Assembly: GCA_048270185.1 (NCBI GenBank)
Contig: JBLWTJ010000001.1
Span: forward strand, 384,001 to 448,000
Direction: 5' to 3'
Length of the DNA stretch: 64,000 bases
From: Bacteriovoracaceae bacterium
GTDB taxonomy: Bacteria > Bdellovibrionota > Bacteriovoracia > Bacteriovoracales > Bacteriovoracaceae
The translations under genes and the position numbers were made by a program. Shown here one piece after another: positions 39,584 through 51,037 of this stretch. How positions within the stretch are numbered: position 1 is the first letter of the stretch; each line of letters starts with the position of its first letter. The notes under the pieces were generated by a model. That model saw only the letters and a program-made list of their open reading frames with translations. It did no database searches and was not told where the DNA came from.

Positions 39584-41378
39584 CGCCACTCATATCGACA
39601 TCACTGCTATTAGTAGCTGTCGTTGAGATAATCGAATATGAATGATTTAAGTAACTAAATTCCCCATACAGGAAACTGCGTCTATTTAACCAATAATCGG
39701 CCTTAGCTCCAAAGTAAAAGCCGACACCACTTTCGATATTATATTGATCATCTTCATTGGTCATATTGTATTTTAGGCCACCATGGATAAAGAGCGTAAA
39801 GCGCTTTAAATCAATTAATCTAAAACCAACTTCCCCAATAAAATTAGTGAGAGTTGCACTTGTAATTCTATTATCCGCAGTTAAAACAATCGGCTCTTCA
39901 TCAATGGCAATTTGAGTACTTGCATAGAAAGCACCACCAAAATGAAAATCTAGTCCGAGATTCATTTGATAAAATCTTTCAACTTCATTAGAAAGTGAAG
40001 TGAGCTCAAAATTTTCATTTAAAAGTCTAAACTTTGCAAAAGGCCTAAAGCTCCCATTGCCAATTAAGATAATATCAAACTCAAGGCCTCGTTTTGAAAA
40101 CGAATAATCAGCATTATTATATGAGTGAGTATATGACTGATCGACTAAAGAGAGTCCGATGATATTGGCAGAAAAACGCTCAGCTGTGGTCATCTTATTT
40201 CTTTGAGCATTCTTAAAACTAGCTAAAAGAAGATTGCTCTTAAGAAGGTTATTTAGTTTTTGTGAGTTCTCAAGTGATTCATGAGTGTTATTAACAACAA
40301 CAAAACCTCGATTAGGATCAATTCTCAAATTCTTTGGAGGTATGAAATTACCGTTGGCTGCGTTAATACGGCCAATCTCTTTTGGAACGTAAACCTTATA
40401 AACTTCATTAAAGATAGCACTATCCTCAGGTGGAATATAAATACCTGTACGTATATCAACAAGTCCTCCTGCCTTGGGTGCATATTTCTTCTGCGCCTCA
40501 GAGTACTGGCCACGATATAGGGCCTCTTGATCTTTGGGAGCAATGATTTCACCCTTTAGAGGGTAGCTAGCAACTGTTGCTGTCTCATCATCACCACCTT
40601 GGTCATAGCGAGTCATATCAACATAGGTATTGCGATATAAAAGCGTAAATTGAATCGGGTTAATCTTTACAGGAATGGAAACAGGTCTTGCATCGTGGAA
40701 GGTTGCACTATATTGGCCACGTTCAACTAGGCTTACATCTTTTAGTCGATTGCCGAATAATAGCTCGTTAATTAGCGTAGTATGCGTTCTAACAGAATCA
40801 TCATTCATGAATTTATAATTTAGCTTTCTTTCACGAACGCTGCGACGATATGTAAGTCTGCGACCGGCGCTAAATTTGGCAGAACGATCAATCCTCTTAA
40901 GTCGAGACTCTCCACGAAAGGAGATGAGCCCTGAAACATTATTAAAGAGATTATATGAAAGAAGAGCATCACCATCCTCAACGCCAAAGATTGCACTATT
41001 AGTTCTTACATAAATTCGATCATAATGGTTATCAGCAACCTTACGCTGCTTTTTAGCTATAATACGCAATAGTCCATCATGTAATGAAAAGAAATCACCA
41101 TAACGATCATTGGTTAGTTCAACAGTCATTTTTGACTCTGGTGCTAGAATAAGAATATCACCACGATCATTAACTATTCTTGCATATGAGTTATTCGAAG
41201 TAATGACAAGTGAACTACTTGTAACCTCAATTGGGCCAGACATCTCTGAAGTATCAATTTTTTGAACTAGATCATTCTTAATAATAGTGACTTCACCACG
41301 GCCACTTGTGATAACAAGGGCCTCAGTATAAGTTGAAAATAAAAGAATTGATATTAAGAAGATATTTCTTAGAAACAT
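39549..41378 (-). CDS. FecR-like domain plus C-terminal outer-membrane beta-barrel protein
   Basis: Signal peptide, FecR-like ITSNNSYARI/LAPESKM/LHDGLLR/VRTNSAIFGV and a beta-strand C-terminus ending GYRYSF. Confidence 0.65.
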   Translation of the reverse strand: MFLRNIFLISILLFSTYTEALVITSGRGEVTIIKNDLVQKIDTSEMSGPIEVTSSSLVITSNNSYARIVNDRGDILILAPESKMTVELTNDRYGDFFSLHDGLLRIIAKKQRKVADNHYDRIYVRTNSAIFGVEDGDALLSYNLFNNVSGLISFRGESRLKRIDRSAKFSAGRRLTYRRSVRERKLNYKFMNDDSVRTHTTLINELLFGNRLKDVSLVERGQYSATFHDARPVSIPVKINPIQFTLLYRNTYVDMTRYDQGGDDETATVASYPLKGEIIAPKDQEALYRGQYSEAQKKYAPKAGGLVDIRTGIYIPPEDSAIFNEVYKVYVPKEIGRINAANGNFIPPKNLRIDPNRGFVVVNNTHESLENSQKLNNLLKSNLLLASFKNAQRNKMTTAERFSANIIGLSLVDQSYTHSYNNADYSFSKRGLEFDIILIGNGSFRPFAKFRLLNENFELTSLSNEVERFYQMNLGLDFHFGGAFYASTQIAIDEEPIVLTADNRITSATLTNFIGEVGFRLIDLKRFTLFIHGGLKYNMTNEDDQYNIESGVGFYFGAKADYWLNRRSFLYGEFSYLNHSYSIISTTATNSSDVDMSGAIVNFGYRYSF

Positions 41379-41455
41379 TAAGTATCCCAAAGTAAAATTA
41401 CAATTAGTATAATTTTACTGGAAACTAGATATTGGTCAACAAGGAATATCGACGA

Positions 41456-42937
41456 CTACTTGTCTTCTTTAAACTCTATTCCATCATAGAGATAAGTTAG
41501 ATCCTTATCTTCAACGACTGTCGTAATTGATACAGGCCTCTTCCAAATCTTATAAATATTGGCCATTGTTTCATTGGCCTGATTCAGATCGAGATCGACT
41601 CCTTGGTGTACATGTCGAAGAAGAAGTTCACCACGATTTTTATGATTGGCCGACTCCACCTCAATAATAGGTGTTCCAAAATTTGTTAGTTGTTGAAGAA
41701 GTTTTGATTTAATTTCTTTGAAGTCACGAGTTTCGATCTCATTACGCCCTGTGCGTGAATTATACTTGTATGTAAAAAGCTGCATACGATTACAGAACTC
41801 TTCAGTAAAGAATTCATCGATGAATGTAATATCGTTATGACTACGCCTTACTTCAAAGATTTTCTCACGCCCTAGATTCGTTTCAATATGCCAATTTTCT
41901 TTCTCGTATAGATTGGTACACTCTTGATATTCTTTACCAAATTTTCCAGTATTCCAGCGATATTCGATATCGCGCATAAGCTCAATACCAATTTTATATG
42001 GATTAATATTTTGACGACTCATGGCCATAACACCTGAGTGAATATCGGCAAAATCAATAATTTCGCTACTATTAAGAGCTTTCTTTGTTAGGATTTTAGA
42101 GTGCCAATAAGATGCCCACCCTTCGTTCATAATCTTTGTCATTCGTTGCGGAAGAAAGTAATAAGCTTCTTCTCGCAGAATACCAATGATATCTGATTGC
42201 CAATCTTCAATTGGAGCATAATCCATAAGGAACTTCATGATATCTCGTGAACCACGAACTTCATCATCTAAGAGTTCAAGTGTCGTCTTCTTAATTTCAA
42301 TCTTATCGACATCACTTGCGTTTTTACCCATTTTTGAGTTCATGAAAGAGCGAAGAACCTGTGAGCGATCATCTTTATGCTCATAGTCTTCATCTGCTGA
42401 AGTTAGTTGTTTTTCTTCTCTTTGAAAGAGAACATTCACATCAAGCAAGTTTTCAAAAGATAAAACAGTATCAATAAATTGTTCCACCTTATCTTGGCCA
42501 TACTTTTCCATATAGCGACGAACCTTCGTCCCATGATTGGCCATAACGTCCATCATGCGGCGGTCAGTTCCTCTAAACCATGCATTATTCTTAAAGAAGT
42601 CAGCATGGCCATAAACATGGGCCATTACAAGCTTCTGGTCGACATAGCGATTTGAACTTAGAAGATAGGCGTAACATGGGTCTGTATTAATAACAAGCTC
42701 GTAAATCTTTTGGAAACCATATGTATTTCCCTTTGCAAGTTTGTCGTACTCCATCCCAAAGCGCCAGTGAGGATAACGAGTAGGAAAGCCTCCATTTGCG
42801 GCCAAGATACAAACAGTATCGTAATCACAAACTTCAAAGACAACGGGATAGAAATCAAGGCCATAGTCAACGGCATAGCCATGAACTTCGTCTCTTAATT
42901 TTGCTAATTCACCTGAAAGAGGTCTCGTTCTTTCCAT
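41456..42937 (-). CDS. spoVR: SpoVR family protein
   Basis: GFPTRYPHWRFG, IYELVIN, AHVYGHADFFKNN and TKIMNEGWASYWH. Confidence 0.95.
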   Translation of the reverse strand: MERTRPLSGELAKLRDEVHGYAVDYGLDFYPVVFEVCDYDTVCILAANGGFPTRYPHWRFGMEYDKLAKGNTYGFQKIYELVINTDPCYAYLLSSNRYVDQKLVMAHVYGHADFFKNNAWFRGTDRRMMDVMANHGTKVRRYMEKYGQDKVEQFIDTVLSFENLLDVNVLFQREEKQLTSADEDYEHKDDRSQVLRSFMNSKMGKNASDVDKIEIKKTTLELLDDEVRGSRDIMKFLMDYAPIEDWQSDIIGILREEAYYFLPQRMTKIMNEGWASYWHSKILTKKALNSSEIIDFADIHSGVMAMSRQNINPYKIGIELMRDIEYRWNTGKFGKEYQECTNLYEKENWHIETNLGREKIFEVRRSHNDITFIDEFFTEEFCNRMQLFTYKYNSRTGRNEIETRDFKEIKSKLLQQLTNFGTPIIEVESANHKNRGELLLRHVHQGVDLDLNQANETMANIYKIWKRPVSITTVVEDKDLTYLYDGIEFKEDK

Positions 42938-42949
42938 ATATAAATATCC

Positions 42950-44071
42950 TTACTTACCTTTACCTAAGAAATCTTTGATCGAATCAAGAATTGCTTCTTT
43001 ATTTTTTATTTTACTTAGAATGACATCTTCATGTTTCTCTCCAAATTCCTTTGCAAGATCCTTATAGAATTGTCCTGAACCATAACGTGATTCAACTTGC
43101 CCATAGAAAAAAGCATTTGAGTTTGGAATAATTGAATTTTTAAGAATTTCTAAGCATACCTTTGTATCTTCAGCAGACCAATTATCTCCATCAGAAAAGT
43201 GAAATGGATAGATATTCCATTCATCAGAATTATAGTCACTATCGATAATATCCTTACACAGCTTTAATGCAGAAGAAATTAGAGTCCCACCACTTTCGCG
43301 AGTTCTAAAAAATGTTTCTTCTTCAACTTCCTTCGCGGTTGCATCGTGAATAATGTAGCGAATTTCGATATCTTTATACTGCGATTTAAGCCATAGATTA
43401 ATCCAGAATGATTCTGTGCGAACAATTTCTTTTTGCTCATCACCCATTGAACCAGAAACGTCCATCATGTAAATAACAACAGCGGAGTTTTCAAATTCAA
43501 TTTTAGAGTCACTTGAACGATAGCGCATATCACTCTTAATTGGCACAACAACAGGATTCTTAGGATCATAAGTTCCCATTGAAATCTGGCGTTTCAGTGC
43601 TTCCTTGAATGAGCGTTTATAGTGTTTAAGAGAATCTGGCCCAACAGTACCGATGCTCGTGTAGCGATCGACAGTTGACTGCATATTCTTCTTTCCCTTT
43701 GGTTCAATTTTTGGAAGCTCTAACTCATTTCCAAGAATAGAGGCAAGTTCATCAAGGCTCATTTCAACATCTAAGGCCTTCTCACCTTCACCCTCACCAG
43801 CTTCACCTGGCTCCCCTTGTCCTTCTTGTGGTTCACCTTGGCCATCAACAGGATCACCTGGTTGACCATTACCTTGACCAGTTCCCCCTTGGCTCTTATC
43901 ACCAAAGCGGAATTGTGGAGTATTAATAGAAGGCATAGGAACCTTGAATTCACCATTCCCTTTTGGAATTGGCATCTCACCATTAGCGATATACTTTCTT
44001 AAATTATCGCGCACCTTCCCCTTAATGATTTTGCGAAAGCGTGCATGGTCTCTTTTAATCGGGTGATCCAT
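42950..44071 (-). CDS. yeaH: YeaH/YhbH (DUF444, vWA-like) protein
   Basis: Gly-rich linker, [13 protein letters not shown] and FSDGDNW. ATG 44071 after GGAG. Confidence 0.93.
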   Translation of the reverse strand: MDHPIKRDHARFRKIIKGKVRDNLRKYIANGEMPIPKGNGEFKVPMPSINTPQFRFGDKSQGGTGQGNGQPGDPVDGQGEPQEGQGEPGEAGEGEGEKALDVEMSLDELASILGNELELPKIEPKGKKNMQSTVDRYTSIGTVGPDSLKHYKRSFKEALKRQISMGTYDPKNPVVVPIKSDMRYRSSDSKIEFENSAVVIYMMDVSGSMGDEQKEIVRTESFWINLWLKSQYKDIEIRYIIHDATAKEVEEETFFRTRESGGTLISSALKLCKDIIDSDYNSDEWNIYPFHFSDGDNWSAEDTKVCLEILKNSIIPNSNAFFYGQVESRYGSGQFYKDLAKEFGEKHEDVILSKIKNKEAILDSIKDFLGKGK

Positions 44072-44111
44072 TCGGTCTCCATCTATTTTAAAGTGCAAAG
44101 CACTAAGTCAC

Positions 44112-46166
44112 TTAAGACTTAGCGCTATCACCTTTAGCAAAAATACTTGCAACATAATTAAGAGCATCCGTTGCTGAGATTTCACAGTAACCGTAATTCT
44201 TAATTAGTCTTGACTTGATAACATCGATTTTTTCTTGTGTTTCTTTATCCACAACATTTGAGATAATCGTTGTTAATTTGATTGCATCTTTTTGGTCTTC
44301 AAAAAGTTTTAGCTCAAGTGCACGATGTAATCTTTCGTTCATCTTGTAATCGAATTGTTTTCCTTCAATCGCAAGAGCACCGATATAGTTCATGATTTCG
44401 CGTCTAAAATCATCTTTACGAGATTCAGCAATATCGATTTTCTCTTCGATACTTCTCATGAAGCGCTCATCAGCTTCTTCTAGCTTACCTGTGTACTTGT
44501 TGCGAACTTTCTCTTTTTGAGTGTAGGCCTTTACATTATCGATATAATTTGCACATAGTGTTTCAATTGCAGTCTCATCAAGAGAGATTGCTTTTTGCAC
44601 ATCATTTTTAACGATATCAGTATACTCTTGGCGAACAATTGCTAGCATCTCACGATATTTTTCAACCGCCTCTGGGTTATTTGCCATTGAGTGCTTAAGA
44701 CCACTTTCAAGTTCATTAAAGATCATGAATGGATTTAGAGATCCAGTGTGACCATATTTTACAAGTGCATTTGAAATTTTATCTTGAATATAACGTGGAG
44801 AAATACCTTCAAGTCCTTCTCTTACAGCTTCCTTACGAAGCTCTTTAACATTATCTTCATTGTATCCAGAAAGTGTTTTACCATTATAAAGCTTTAGTTT
44901 TTGAACAAGAGTTAAATCTGCTTTCTTCGGTTCTTCAAGTCTTGTCAGAACGGCCCACATAGCCGCCATCTCAAGAGTATGAGGAGCGATGTGAACATGT
45001 GGGATTTTTTCAGCATTAAAGTCTCGTTGATAAATTCTAACTTCATTATCCAGGCGAGAAATATATGGAACATCAATTTTAACTGTACGGTCACGAAGGG
45101 CTTCCATAAACTCGTTATTTTGGAGTTTTCTAAACTCTGGCTCATTTGTGTGACCTAGAATAACAAGGTCAATATCTGTTTGAGCAAATTTCTTAGGCTT
45201 AATTGATTGTTCCTGAGATGCACCTAGTAGATCATAAAGGAAGGCAACATCAAGCTTTAGCATCTCGATAAATTCGATAATCCCACGGTTTGCAATATTA
45301 AACTCTCCATCAAAGTTAAAAGCACGTGGATCTGAATCAGAACCATATTGAGCGATTTTTCGATAGTTGATATCACCTGTTAACTCTGTCGAGTCTTGGT
45401 TCTTTTCATCTTTTGGTTGGAATGTACCAATCCCTAAACGATCTTTTTCAGAAAGAACTAGTCTTTTAACGCGAATGTGGTTTTCCATAACTTTCATAAA
45501 GTCACCGTCATACTTAACCATATATTCATTTAAGATATATCGATCAGCAGGACAAACTTCACCACGAATTTTAATTTTTCTATCTTTACTTCCCTTATTC
45601 ATTTTTTCGAGAAATTCTTTTCTAACTTCATGAGGGATAAGTTTTAATGGATCTTCATGCATTGGAGATGGGAAAATCTTTTGGCCACCAAGAATATCTG
45701 ATTCTTCTTCGTCATACCATTCAAAAGTATAAAGAGCACCGTCATCAGTTCTTGAATAATGTTCAAGTCCTTTCTTAAGATTTCGAGCAATAGAAGATTT
45801 TGCAGAACCAACAGGCCCGTGAAGTAGTAGAACCCTTTTCTCAGTTCCATAACCAAGAGCGGCCGCTTTGAAAAAGTTCACAAGTTTCATTAAGTGAACA
45901 TCAATACCAAAGACTGCATCCTTTCCACCACCAATTGGATCATCGAAGAAGTGATAACGAGTAATTTCTTTCTTATATTCAAGATACGTACTTGTTCCAA
46001 AAGTCATGATCATGTCATAAATTCTTTGAAATGAGTTACGTGCGATACGTGGGTCTTCAGTAATAAGATCAATATAATCTTGAAAACTTCCATTCCAGTG
46101 TAAGTGAGCAAAGTCTTCAACTCTGTAATTCTCACTCATAAAATCTTTCATATTCATTTTTGTCAT
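44112..46166 (-). CDS. prkA: PrkA/YeaG family AAA serine protein kinase
   Basis: [32 protein letters not shown] and GISPRY. ATG 46166 after GGAG. Confidence 0.95.
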   Translation of the reverse strand: MTKMNMKDFMSENYRVEDFAHLHWNGSFQDYIDLITEDPRIARNSFQRIYDMIMTFGTSTYLEYKKEITRYHFFDDPIGGGKDAVFGIDVHLMKLVNFFKAAALGYGTEKRVLLLHGPVGSAKSSIARNLKKGLEHYSRTDDGALYTFEWYDEEESDILGGQKIFPSPMHEDPLKLIPHEVRKEFLEKMNKGSKDRKIKIRGEVCPADRYILNEYMVKYDGDFMKVMENHIRVKRLVLSEKDRLGIGTFQPKDEKNQDSTELTGDINYRKIAQYGSDSDPRAFNFDGEFNIANRGIIEFIEMLKLDVAFLYDLLGASQEQSIKPKKFAQTDIDLVILGHTNEPEFRKLQNNEFMEALRDRTVKIDVPYISRLDNEVRIYQRDFNAEKIPHVHIAPHTLEMAAMWAVLTRLEEPKKADLTLVQKLKLYNGKTLSGYNEDNVKELRKEAVREGLEGISPRYIQDKISNALVKYGHTGSLNPFMIFNELESGLKHSMANNPEAVEKYREMLAIVRQEYTDIVKNDVQKAISLDETAIETLCANYIDNVKAYTQKEKVRNKYTGKLEEADERFMRSIEEKIDIAESRKDDFRREIMNYIGALAIEGKQFDYKMNERLHRALELKLFEDQKDAIKLTTIISNVVDKETQEKIDVIKSRLIKNYGYCEISATDALNYVASIFAKGDSAKS

Positions 46167-46435
46167 ATCTTCTCCATCCATGAGTTTTTAGAATATTTTA
46201 AAGCTTAGCTAGAAAGCTAAATCCTAAATATATTATAACGTTACTTCCTCAGTTAAAGCAAAATTATCTGTAAAAAAAATCATTTATAAGAGAAAAATAC
46301 CGAGTGCGTTTTGGCACTGCTTTTTGCTCAACTAATAGGCAAAAATCTAACGTTCATAATTATTTGACTAAAATCTCTATGAGACTGAAAATATAAGAGA
46401 AACAGGATAATTATTTTAAATGGACAAGGAAGAAC

Positions 46436-47194
46436 ATGGATATTATTTGTGCAGGTGTTTCAGATATTGGACGCAAGAGAGAGACCAATCAAGACTCAAT
46501 TTTTATCGGAAATTCAAATAAACTCTATGTTGTCGCCGACGGCATGGGAGGACACTCTGGTGGAGATCTCGCCTCGACCATGGCCATAAAGTACTTAGCA
46601 GAAAAAGTTAAAGAACTACGCTCTGGAGTTGACATAAAAGAAGCTGAACACGACCAGATTCTAAAAGAATCAGTTCTTTACGCAAATAATAAGATCAAAC
46701 ATTACGCAGATAGCGAGCCAAGCTTAAAGGGCATGGGGACAACTGTAGTGAGTGTCTATTTTGCAAATGAAAAAGTTAATATTGCCAATGTGGGTGACTC
46801 AAGGGCCTATGTCATTACAAATGGACAGATTTTTCAACTTTCAAAAGATCATTCTGTCATCCAAGAAAAGATAAACTTTGGGATTTATACGCGCGAACAA
46901 GCCGCGGCTGATCCAAATAAGAATTACCTGTCTCGTACAGTCGGTTTTGAAGAAGATATTGAGGTTGATCTATTCGAATATGAGCCGTCAAAGAATGATA
47001 TTTTCCTCTTATGCTCAGATGGGCTTCACGGAAAATTGAGTGATGAGGATATTCTCTTTATCATTAAAGATATGATTGACTTTAATAATCTAGGCCATCA
47101 AACAATTCATGACTGCGTGCAAACTTTAGTTCGTCAGGCCAATGAGCACGGTGGACAAGACAATATCTCTGTAATCCTAGCGGTAGTTAAGTAA
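46436..47194 (+). CDS. PP2C-type Ser/Thr phosphatase (Stp1/IreP family)
   Basis: RETNQD, VADGMGGH, MGTT, NVGDSRAY, CSDGL and GGQDNIS. Confidence 0.95.
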   Translation: MDIICAGVSDIGRKRETNQDSIFIGNSNKLYVVADGMGGHSGGDLASTMAIKYLAEKVKELRSGVDIKEAEHDQILKESVLYANNKIKHYADSEPSLKGMGTTVVSVYFANEKVNIANVGDSRAYVITNGQIFQLSKDHSVIQEKINFGIYTREQAAADPNKNYLSRTVGFEEDIEVDLFEYEPSKNDIFLLCSDGLHGKLSDEDILFIIKDMIDFNNLGHQTIHDCVQTLVRQANEHGGQDNISVILAVVK

Positions 47195-47314
47195 AATTAA
47201 CTACCCTAGTCACGTAAACTTAGTCCCATAGTGTCATACATTAATGTCTTGCAAACTGAAATCAAGAAACCTACAATAAACATCAGAAATTATTGAAAAT
47301 TCAAGGATGCAATT

Positions 47315-48430
47315 TTGAGCCGATTTTATACAATAATGGTCATTCCAGAGAAGGAGAAGGGCGTAAAATCCTTTCGTATACCAAGGGTTATTTTTAACTC
47401 TGTGCTCTTCTTTATCGTTATTATTGTTGGTGTTATTGGAATCTTAACTTTTGACTATATTAAGATTCTTAAGCAGGTTTACGAAAACCGACACCTCAGT
47501 ATTGAAAACCGTCAGTTAAAAGAACAAATTCAACTCTTTAATATGAAACTCAATACATTAACTGATGATATTGAAAGAATTCAAAAGATTGAGAGTAAGC
47601 TACGAGTAATCTCAGGCTTTAAAGAATTTGATTTAACAAAGCCTGTGATTAAAGAAACACAAGATGCCAGTGATAGTGAAGATCATGGCCACTCTCACAA
47701 TTCAAGTTCAGGCAGGGATCCACAATCAGTCTTAATATCTCCAAAAGATCAAGAGCTCATGGATCGAGTAAAGTCAGACTTAAAAACACTTAAAACGAAC
47801 GAAGAGTTTAATGACATTAACGATCTCTATGAAAGAAAGATCGCAACGAATTTTGGTTTAACCTCAGGTTATAGTTTTACAAAAGAATGGAGTAGCTTAA
47901 TTAAACAAAGTTTTAAGTTAGCTGAAAACTTCGCGTACTTTGATTATCGTTATTCAATCCTACGCAAGATTTCAGGTGACTTAGAGATTAAAGTTAATGA
48001 GCTTGATCAATATCTTCTCGATCGCGAATCATTCTTGCGATCAACACCAACTCTGCTACCGGCCCGTGGATGGATTACATCTTACTATGGTCCGCGTATG
48101 AGTCACTACTCAAAGAGAGTTAAGATGCACGAAGGCCTAGATGTCGGGGGGCCAATTGGGACAGTTATTCTTGCCCCGGCCGATGGCATTGTTAAAACAT
48201 CAAAGAAAAATTACGGTTTTGGAAACCACGTTGAAATAGATCATGGATACGGTATAACTACACTTTACGGACATAATTCAGAAAACATCGTTGTAAAAGG
48301 CCAAAAGGTCAAACGGGGGCAACCAATCGCCAAGATTGGAAACTCCGGTTTATCGACAGGGCCACACTTGCATTACGAAATTCGTGTAAACGGAACACCG
48401 GTGGACCCTCTTTATTATGTACTGGATTAA
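47315..48430 (+). CDS. M23 family metallopeptidase
   Basis: N-terminal TM and coiled coil, HEGLD, YGH and STGPHLHYE. TTG start. Confidence 0.92.
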   Translation: MSRFYTIMVIPEKEKGVKSFRIPRVIFNSVLFFIVIIVGVIGILTFDYIKILKQVYENRHLSIENRQLKEQIQLFNMKLNTLTDDIERIQKIESKLRVISGFKEFDLTKPVIKETQDASDSEDHGHSHNSSSGRDPQSVLISPKDQELMDRVKSDLKTLKTNEEFNDINDLYERKIATNFGLTSGYSFTKEWSSLIKQSFKLAENFAYFDYRYSILRKISGDLEIKVNELDQYLLDRESFLRSTPTLLPARGWITSYYGPRMSHYSKRVKMHEGLDVGGPIGTVILAPADGIVKTSKKNYGFGNHVEIDHGYGITTLYGHNSENIVVKGQKVKRGQPIAKIGNSGLSTGPHLHYEIRVNGTPVDPLYYVLD

Positions 48431-48445
48431 TTAGGAGAAATTTAA

Positions 48446-51010
48446 ATGTTTAATCCGCTCAAGTCTTTATTTGGTACAAAGCACGATCGCGACATCAAAA
48501 AGCTTATGCCAATTGTTAATGAAATTAATTCTCTTGAAGCTCAAATGGAAAAAATGAGCGATGAAGAACTAAAGGCTCAAACAACTAAATTTAAGCAAAG
48601 AATCAGTGAAGGAGTTTCACTCGATGAAATTCTACCTGAAGCATTTGCGACAGTAAGAGAAGCTTCTAAAAGAGTTCTAGGAATGCGTCCATACGATGTG
48701 CAAATTATCGGTGGTATCGTTCTTTATAAAGGCATCATTGCTGAAATGAAAACAGGTGAAGGTAAGACTCTGACTGCAGCTCTACCTCTATACCTTAAAG
48801 CACTTGAAGGTAAGGGTGTTCACCTTATTACTGTTAACGACTACCTAGCAAGTCGTGATGCCAATGAAATGGGTGTTCTCTATGAATGGCTGGGCCTTTC
48901 AACGGGTTGTATCATCGCCGACATGGAAGATGAGGAACGCCAAGCGGCTTATCGCTCAGACATTACTTACGGGACAAATAACGAATTCGCTTTTGATTAC
49001 CTAAGAGATAATATGAAATTCTCACTTGAAGAATATGTTCAAAGAGACTTTCATTTCTGTATTGTGGATGAGGTTGACTCGATCTTAATTGATGAGGCCA
49101 GAACTCCCCTATTAATCTCAGGGCCAAGTGAAGGTGACTCAACTCTTTATGGAGTTGCCAATAAAGTTATTCCACAACTTTCAATTGAAAAGCATTTCAC
49201 AATTGACGAAAAGGCCATGTCGGCAATTTTCACAGAAGAAGGTATTTTAAAAGTACAAGAGCTCATGAAGGTAGATAATCTTTACGATATCGAAAACTCG
49301 GCCCTTCTTCACCACTTAAACCAAGCACTACGTGCTCACCATCTTTTTAAAAGAGATGCAAACTATATCATTAAAGACGATGAAGTTATTATCGTTGATG
49401 AATTTACAGGGCGTCTAAAGACTGGTTCTCGCTGGTCAGATGGACTACACCAAGCAATTGAAGCAAAAGAAGGTGTTGAAATAAAGCAAGAAAACCAAAC
49501 TCTTGCCTCTATTACTTTCCAAAACTACTTCAAAATGTATGCAAAACTTGCTGGTATGACAGGAACGGCCGATACTGAAGCAGAAGAATTCAAAAAGATC
49601 TATGATCTTGATGTAATCGTTATTCCAACGAATCTTCCAATTGCTCGTGTCGATGAACCTGATGTTATCTACAAAAACAAGAAAGCAAAGTACAAGGCCA
49701 TCATTAATCTTCTAAGAGAGCTTAATGAGAAAGGTCAACCTGTCCTAGTTGGAACAATCACAGTTGATTCATCTAACCTACTTTCAAATGAGTTAACGAA
49801 AGCTGGTATTGAACACAATGTCCTCAATGCCAAGCAACACGGTAAGGAAGCGGGAATCATTGAAAATGCAGGCCGTAAAGGATCTGTTACAATTGCAACG
49901 AATATGGCCGGACGTGGTACCGATATAAAAATCAATGATGAAGTAAAGGCACTTGGTGGTCTTTATATTCTATGTACAGAAAGACACGAGTCACGCCGAA
50001 TTGATAATCAGCTTCGTGGTCGTTCTGGGCGTCAGGGTGATCCAGGTCGCTCAAAATTCTTCCTATCTCTTGAAGATGATTTAATGAGAATCTTTGGAAG
50101 TGATCGTATTGCAAAAGTGATGAATACACTTGGTATGGAAGAAGACGAACCAATTGAGCACAAGATGATTACAAATGCCATCGCAAAAGCTCAAAAGAAA
50201 GTTGAGACACATAACTTTGAAATCAGAAAACATCTTCTTGATTTTGATAACGTTATGAATGAGCAACGTCGTGTTATCTACCGTATCCGTCGCGATATTC
50301 TATCAGATGAAGATAATCTTGGTTTCGTTAGAGAAATGACTGAAGATGTTGCAGACTACCTATTTGCAAACTACCGTCCAGAAAAGAAAGTTCCTTTGGA
50401 AGACCTTCCTTGGGAAGATATGAAGAATGGTTTCAAAACAACTTTCAACACTGATTATGAAGTTAACGCTATCGAATGTTCAGGAAAATTCTCTGGAGAC
50501 GTTAGCAAGTACTTTGAAGAAACAGCAAAGGAAATCCTTGCAAGTAAACTTGCAGGATACGACGAAAGACAAGTGACACTTGCACTTAGAGAAATCCTAC
50601 TTTCAACTTTTGATCAACACTGGAAAGATCACTTAAGAAATATGGATCACCTAAAAGAAGGAATCAACCTTAAGGCCTACGCTCAAAAAGATCCTCTAAC
50701 AGAGTATAAACGTGAAGCATTCCAACTTTTTGAAAATATGAGAGTTGAAGTTAAGAACAGTGTTGTTCGCAATATGTTCACAGTAAGGCTCTATACTCAA
50801 GAAGAAATTGAAGAGTTAAGACGCCAACAAGAAGAAGAGCTTCAGCGTCAACTTGACCTTCTTAAAGCAAAGAGAATTGCCGAAGAAGAAGGACGTGATG
50901 GGCCAGAAGTCAATCAAGCACCACGCTCACGCGGACAAGTAAAAGTCGGGCGTAATGACGCCTGTCCATGTGGATCAGGGAAGAAGTACAAGCACTGTCA
51001 CGGTTCTTAA
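48446..51010 (+). CDS. secA: Preprotein translocase subunit SecA
   Basis: EMKTGEGKT, VDEVDSILIDEARTPL, QLRGRSGRQGD and the SEC-C motif CPCGSGKKYKHCHG. Confidence 0.99.
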   Translation: MFNPLKSLFGTKHDRDIKKLMPIVNEINSLEAQMEKMSDEELKAQTTKFKQRISEGVSLDEILPEAFATVREASKRVLGMRPYDVQIIGGIVLYKGIIAEMKTGEGKTLTAALPLYLKALEGKGVHLITVNDYLASRDANEMGVLYEWLGLSTGCIIADMEDEERQAAYRSDITYGTNNEFAFDYLRDNMKFSLEEYVQRDFHFCIVDEVDSILIDEARTPLLISGPSEGDSTLYGVANKVIPQLSIEKHFTIDEKAMSAIFTEEGILKVQELMKVDNLYDIENSALLHHLNQALRAHHLFKRDANYIIKDDEVIIVDEFTGRLKTGSRWSDGLHQAIEAKEGVEIKQENQTLASITFQNYFKMYAKLAGMTGTADTEAEEFKKIYDLDVIVIPTNLPIARVDEPDVIYKNKKAKYKAIINLLRELNEKGQPVLVGTITVDSSNLLSNELTKAGIEHNVLNAKQHGKEAGIIENAGRKGSVTIATNMAGRGTDIKINDEVKALGGLYILCTERHESRRIDNQLRGRSGRQGDPGRSKFFLSLEDDLMRIFGSDRIAKVMNTLGMEEDEPIEHKMITNAIAKAQKKVETHNFEIRKHLLDFDNVMNEQRRVIYRIRRDILSDEDNLGFVREMTEDVADYLFANYRPEKKVPLEDLPWEDMKNGFKTTFNTDYEVNAIECSGKFSGDVSKYFEETAKEILASKLAGYDERQVTLALREILLSTFDQHWKDHLRNMDHLKEGINLKAYAQKDPLTEYKREAFQLFENMRVEVKNSVVRNMFTVRLYTQEEIEELRRQQEEELQRQLDLLKAKRIAEEEGRDGPEVNQAPRSRGQVKVGRNDACPCGSGKKYKHCHGS

Positions 51011-51037
51011 ATTTAAGAATCGATCTGGAATTAAAGT

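Noticed and set aside
46312..46328. Sigma54-like TGGCAC...TTGCT upstream of the PP2C gene
   Set aside because: GG-to-GC spacing is 11 nt rather than the strict 10.
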